The position numbers and the translations under genes were made by a program. The notes under the pieces are model-generated. The model was given only the letters and a program-made list of their open reading frames with translations. It did no database searches and was not told where the DNA came from. Below, one piece after another: positions 60,336 to 64,000 of a stretch of DNA of 64,000 nucleotides (its first letter is position 1; each line of letters opens with the position of its first letter). Origin of the DNA: Eubacteriales bacterium (GTDB taxonomy: Bacteria; Bacillota; Clostridia; Oscillospirales; UBA644). The stretch is taken from positions 19,280 through 83,279 of the forward strand of contig JAZUMQ010000052.1 in NCBI GenBank assembly GCA_045603745.1, given 5' to 3'.

Positions 60336-61432
60336 TCTGTGATCCTTTCATTGGAAAGTCCAAAGTTCGCCAATTCTACGGAACATTGGGGAATGAGTTT
60401 GATGTCGTCATCGTTCTTTTTATTTTTCCATTCATCAAAGAGTCTCGGAGCATGACGATAAACGTATATTTCCAAACCAAATATATCCGAAAATTCCTCT
60501 TTCACTGCATGATTCCAATCTTCTTGAATCTTTTTGGTCAATAGGTGTGCCACTTCCGATTCGGTTTTTTTCATACCTTCCTCCGTGGAAATATCAAATC
60601 CGACAGGAAGCGTGGTGAGAAGAATATCGCAATCTATCGTTACAAAAACCAATAACGAATTTTCCTTTGCTATTTTTTTCTTTGTTTTAACCGCTCGAAT
60701 TTGACAAGGAACTTCCGTTCCGTCATCGGTACGGAGCAACAACTCTCCCCTTTGATATTCACCGGAAACAAGCAAAATACTCTGCGTAAAATCAAGATCC
60801 ATTTCCGTATATTTTTTTCCGTCGCGAAAACCTTGACTTCCGGATACGGAAAATTGTCCGTCGTTTTTTTGGAACATGGGAAGAATGGACAAATTTCCAT
60901 TCATAGGGAATTGGTATAGTTTTGTAGGAGTAACCGAACCGGTTTCGGTATAAGAATTTTCAATCACAGAAGCGTAATCATAGGAGGAAATCCTCGATTC
61001 CTTCTCCCCTGTTGACAACATTTCCGACGCGTCGGCTCCGGAAACAACGGCAAGAAATAAATCCGAACGGTATTCCGAATCTCTCAAAAAATAATCGACA
61101 AGCCCCGAAATCCCTTGAGACGCTATTTCGTCGGAAAACAAAATCAACTTGCAATGACTGAACTGAAGATCCTTGGTAGCGGCATTGACCAATCGTTTCA
61201 GGCAATCTTCCACACTGTTACCGGCTTCTTTCAATACTTTTGCTTTTGGAGTTGAGGTTTCCGAATCCGCAGGTTGTATCACTTCCACCGAAACAGAGTA
61301 AGCCGTATCTTTTCCTTTATCAATGGAAATCCCGGCAACCATCGCGGTATCATTGATTTCTTGATAATCATAACAGCCATTGAGCGAACACAATAGCACC
61401 ACAGAAATAACAATCAAAAAGAAATGCTTCAT
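60332..61432 (-). CDS. spore germination receptor C subunit lipoprotein (GerAC-like)
   Basis: LNGCYDYQEIND..MVAGISID; DIFG. Confidence 0.9.
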   Translation of the reverse strand: MKHFFLIVISVVLLCSLNGCYDYQEINDTAMVAGISIDKGKDTAYSVSVEVIQPADSETSTPKAKVLKEAGNSVEDCLKRLVNAATKDLQFSHCKLILFSDEIASQGISGLVDYFLRDSEYRSDLFLAVVSGADASEMLSTGEKESRISSYDYASVIENSYTETGSVTPTKLYQFPMNGNLSILPMFQKNDGQFSVSGSQGFRDGKKYTEMDLDFTQSILLVSGEYQRGELLLRTDDGTEVPCQIRAVKTKKKIAKENSLLVFVTIDCDILLTTLPVGFDISTEEGMKKTESEVAHLLTKKIQEDWNHAVKEEFSDIFGLEIYVYRHAPRLFDEWKNKKNDDDIKLIPQCSVELANFGLSNERITE

Positions 61433-61433
61433 A

Positions 61434-62975
61434 TTACCCCTTTCTGCGGATTTTGTCCTTGGAGAAAAAAGTAGGACGGGTTCGCATCAGCCACCAGGGG
61501 GCGCGGATCAAAATGTCTTTCTGATCTTGAACGTGGGGAGAAAAACAATAGGACAAATAGGGAACGTGAAAGGATTTCATAGACATCAGATACAACACGA
61601 TTGCTAAAAATCCAAACAATACACCATACAACCCCAAGACTGAACCAAGAAACAAAATCATAAATCGCAACACAATAACAGAGTTTTCCAATCGGGGAGA
61701 AATCAAACCGGTGATTCCCGCAAAGGCAACAATGATCAGCGTAGTTGATCCTATAAACCGAGCAGAAACCGCCGCATCACCGATAACGATAGCACCAACG
61801 ATGCTCAACGCTTGGGCGATACTGTCGGGAAGTCGCTGACTTGCCTCCCGCAAAATTTCAAAAATAACGATCATCAAAAAGCATTCCACGGCAATGGGAA
61901 AGGGAACCCCAACCCGGGCTTGCGCGACGCTTAACGCAAGATCGGTAGGTAATAATTCTTGATGAAAAGAAACCAACGAAACGAAGATTCCGGGAACGGT
62001 AATTGAGAGAAAGTAACAGATAATCCGCAAAAGTCTCCCAATGGACGCAAACCAAAAATTTTGATAATAGTCTTCGGCAACTTGAAAAGTTTCCGCGAAA
62101 ATGTAGGGCATTTCCAGAACGACCGGAGTTCCGTCCAAGACCAACGCAACGCGCCCCTCCAACAATCCTCCGGCAATTACGTCGGGGCGCTCCGTAACAC
62201 CAATGGTTCGGAACAAAGAACCGTGATGATCCGAGATTTGCTCTACGATATAATTTGAGTCGAGAACTCCGTCGATTTCAATTTTTGAAAGACGACGTTT
62301 GACTTCCTCCAGCAACTCCGGACGCACAATGCTGTCTAAATAGCACAAAAAACCCTTACATTGTGTTCTCGTCCCAAAAGACATTGGCTCAGCGCGAAAA
62401 TCAACGGTTTTTAGCCTCCTGTGGATCATGGCGACGTTCATCATCACCGACTCGGTAAATCCCTCTCTCGGTCCAAGAAGCGCTTTCTCCGCATTTGGTT
62501 CTTGAGGAGTACGGACAGGGAATCCTTTGGTACTTGTAACAACAGCTTGGTTACAACCGTCCAAAAAAACGACACTATCTCCCATCTGCATCGCATCAAA
62601 ACATTCTTTTGCGGTGGAGATAATTTGGGTGTCCACGTTAAAGATCACCCGCTGAGAAAGAATCTCTGCGGAAGTTATCGGAATATCTGCCTCGATGACC
62701 GGACGAATTACACTTTCAAAAACGATTTCGTTCTTGACTAACCCATCAAAATAGACTGCAAAACAAGATGCAAATCCGGGTTTTTCCGAAGAAAAATCGC
62801 GACAAATGAAAGTTCCGTCTCCGGAAAAAACTTGTTGAAGCATTGCACGGTTTTCCGAAAGAACCGATGACAATGGAGCGTTTTGGGACAAATCTCCGGT
62901 GGAATTGATTGTAAACTCCGGAAACGGAGAACTCGTTTCCTGTACAAGATCGTTTATCTGGGTCTTCCCTTTCAT
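61434..62975 (-). CDS. spore germination receptor A subunit (GerAA-like)
   Basis: GPREGFTE, TERPD, GVPFP, EILREA. Confidence 0.95.
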   Translation of the reverse strand: MKGKTQINDLVQETSSPFPEFTINSTGDLSQNAPLSSVLSENRAMLQQVFSGDGTFICRDFSSEKPGFASCFAVYFDGLVKNEIVFESVIRPVIEADIPITSAEILSQRVIFNVDTQIISTAKECFDAMQMGDSVVFLDGCNQAVVTSTKGFPVRTPQEPNAEKALLGPREGFTESVMMNVAMIHRRLKTVDFRAEPMSFGTRTQCKGFLCYLDSIVRPELLEEVKRRLSKIEIDGVLDSNYIVEQISDHHGSLFRTIGVTERPDVIAGGLLEGRVALVLDGTPVVLEMPYIFAETFQVAEDYYQNFWFASIGRLLRIICYFLSITVPGIFVSLVSFHQELLPTDLALSVAQARVGVPFPIAVECFLMIVIFEILREASQRLPDSIAQALSIVGAIVIGDAAVSARFIGSTTLIIVAFAGITGLISPRLENSVIVLRFMILFLGSVLGLYGVLFGFLAIVLYLMSMKSFHVPYLSYCFSPHVQDQKDILIRAPWWLMRTRPTFFSKDKIRRKG

Positions 62976-63048
62976 TGCAATGCTCCTTTCGTTTTTTCTT
63001 ATTATAAACAAAAATGCCCTGTCTATTCGACAGGGCAAAAAACGAAAT

Positions 63049-63546
63049 TTACTTTTGCTCTAAAATATCTACAATCTCGCCGCAATAGAGACGATGATAA
63101 TCGTTTATGGGATAATGGTGCTGAATTTCCGAATCGAGAAAACCGGCAGGGTCGAGATCTTGAATATAGATTTTTTTACAGACGATTGCCAACCGTGCCT
63201 CTTGAAACGTCACGGCATTCTCTTCAAAATAGGGAGTTAACCCGGCAAGGCTTACTTTATCGCAGTCCCGCCCGGATTTGGTTCCGCAAATTCGGTAGAT
63301 TTCGTCCTGTCCCGGCTGTAAAACGGAAACCGTAAAATAAGGTTCACGTTCAAAAAAATCATAGGTGTACCGTTGAGGACGAATGAAGACGGATACAACT
63401 TTTTTATTCCACAAGATTCCCATTGTCCCCCAAGACGCAGTCATAGTATTAAAGTTTTCGGGAGAACCGGCAGATAACAACAATTTCTCTTTTCCGATTA
63501 ATTGAAAAGGATCTTTCATTTCGGGAAGATCGGTATGAACGAACAT
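63049..63546 (-). CDS. flavin reductase family protein
   Basis: NTMTASWG, IRPQRYT, CGTKSGRD. Confidence 0.85.
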   Translation of the reverse strand: MFVHTDLPEMKDPFQLIGKEKLLLSAGSPENFNTMTASWGTMGILWNKKVVSVFIRPQRYTYDFFEREPYFTVSVLQPGQDEIYRICGTKSGRDCDKVSLAGLTPYFEENAVTFQEARLAIVCKKIYIQDLDPAGFLDSEIQHHYPINDYHRLYCGEIVDILEQK

Positions 63547-63567
63547 AATATTACCTCCAATATGAAT

Positions 63568-64000
63568 TTATTCGGGTTCGTTTTTCCAAAGAAAAAGACG
63601 TCCGGATTCATTCCATTCTTTGAAAAATAAAAACAGCAGCGGGAAAATAAACACTCCGGAAATTCCCATCAATTTCATTCCAAAATAAATACTGAACAAA
63701 GTGGCAAGGGCGGAAAGACCGATGTTTTTTCCCACAATGCGGGGCTCTAACAGCTCCCGGACAACGGAAACAATTACCGCAAGAACGATCAAGCCAATTC
63801 CTTGAGTCGGAGAGGACAATAAAAGCCATTGAATCAATCCCCAAGGAACGAGAATGGACGCCATACCAACATAAGGCAATAAATCTGCCAAAGCGATAAC
63901 GGCAGCCAAAATCAAAGGATAAGGGGATTTCAAAATCCAAAGTCCGACCAACAGTTCTGTAAAGTTGATCGCAAACATAATTCCGTGGGCTTTCAGAAAA
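63568..64000 (-). CDS. YtvI/AI-2E family membrane protein (C-terminal part)
   Basis: DLLPYVG...VPW, LEPRIVG..IGL; 5' end lies outside the window. Confidence 0.8.
   Translation of the reverse strand, partial: FLKAHGIMFAINFTELLVGLWILKSPYPLILAAVIALADLLPYVGMASILVPWGLIQWLLLSSPTQGIGLIVLAVIVSVVRELLEPRIVGKNIGLSALATLFSIYFGMKLMGISGVFIFPLLFLFFKEWNESGRLFLWKNEPE

Overview
Low-GC spore-forming Firmicute (Clostridia-like) chromosomal window. The main feature is a ~30 kb integrative element (3576-33559). It has split a host tRNA-Pro(UGG) gene at its anticodon loop, with a 7-bp TCCCAAA duplication. The split gene is not repaired; instead the element carries a different, complete tRNA-Pro(UGG) gene just inside its right end. 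Six direct copies of a degenerate 29-bp site (TCAA-N7-N-CCGCAGTAAACAAAGAA) divide the element into five promoter-bearing modules: (A) a MATE exporter with an attenuator-like leader; (B) a large defence-type cluster (two C5 MTases, NgoFVII-like and PD-(D/E)XK nucleases, a dTMP kinase / B12 radical SAM / atypical UDG trio, a UvrD-nuclease plus amino-MTase pair, AbiH); (C) the core (LexA-like repressor, sigma-like HTH, Xis, Rep-like HTH, an IS110 with a recognisable bridge-RNA architecture, two tandem tyrosine integrases); (D) a Fic gene; (E) an HTH / Zn-ribbon trio. The rest is host backbone: tRNA-Leu x2, mscL, tmRNA followed by a prophage-like remnant, a heterodimeric ABC exporter, an Opp peptide ABC operon with unusual insertions, CapA, a GerA-type germination operon and others. 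All calls come from reading motifs by eye; no database searches were run.
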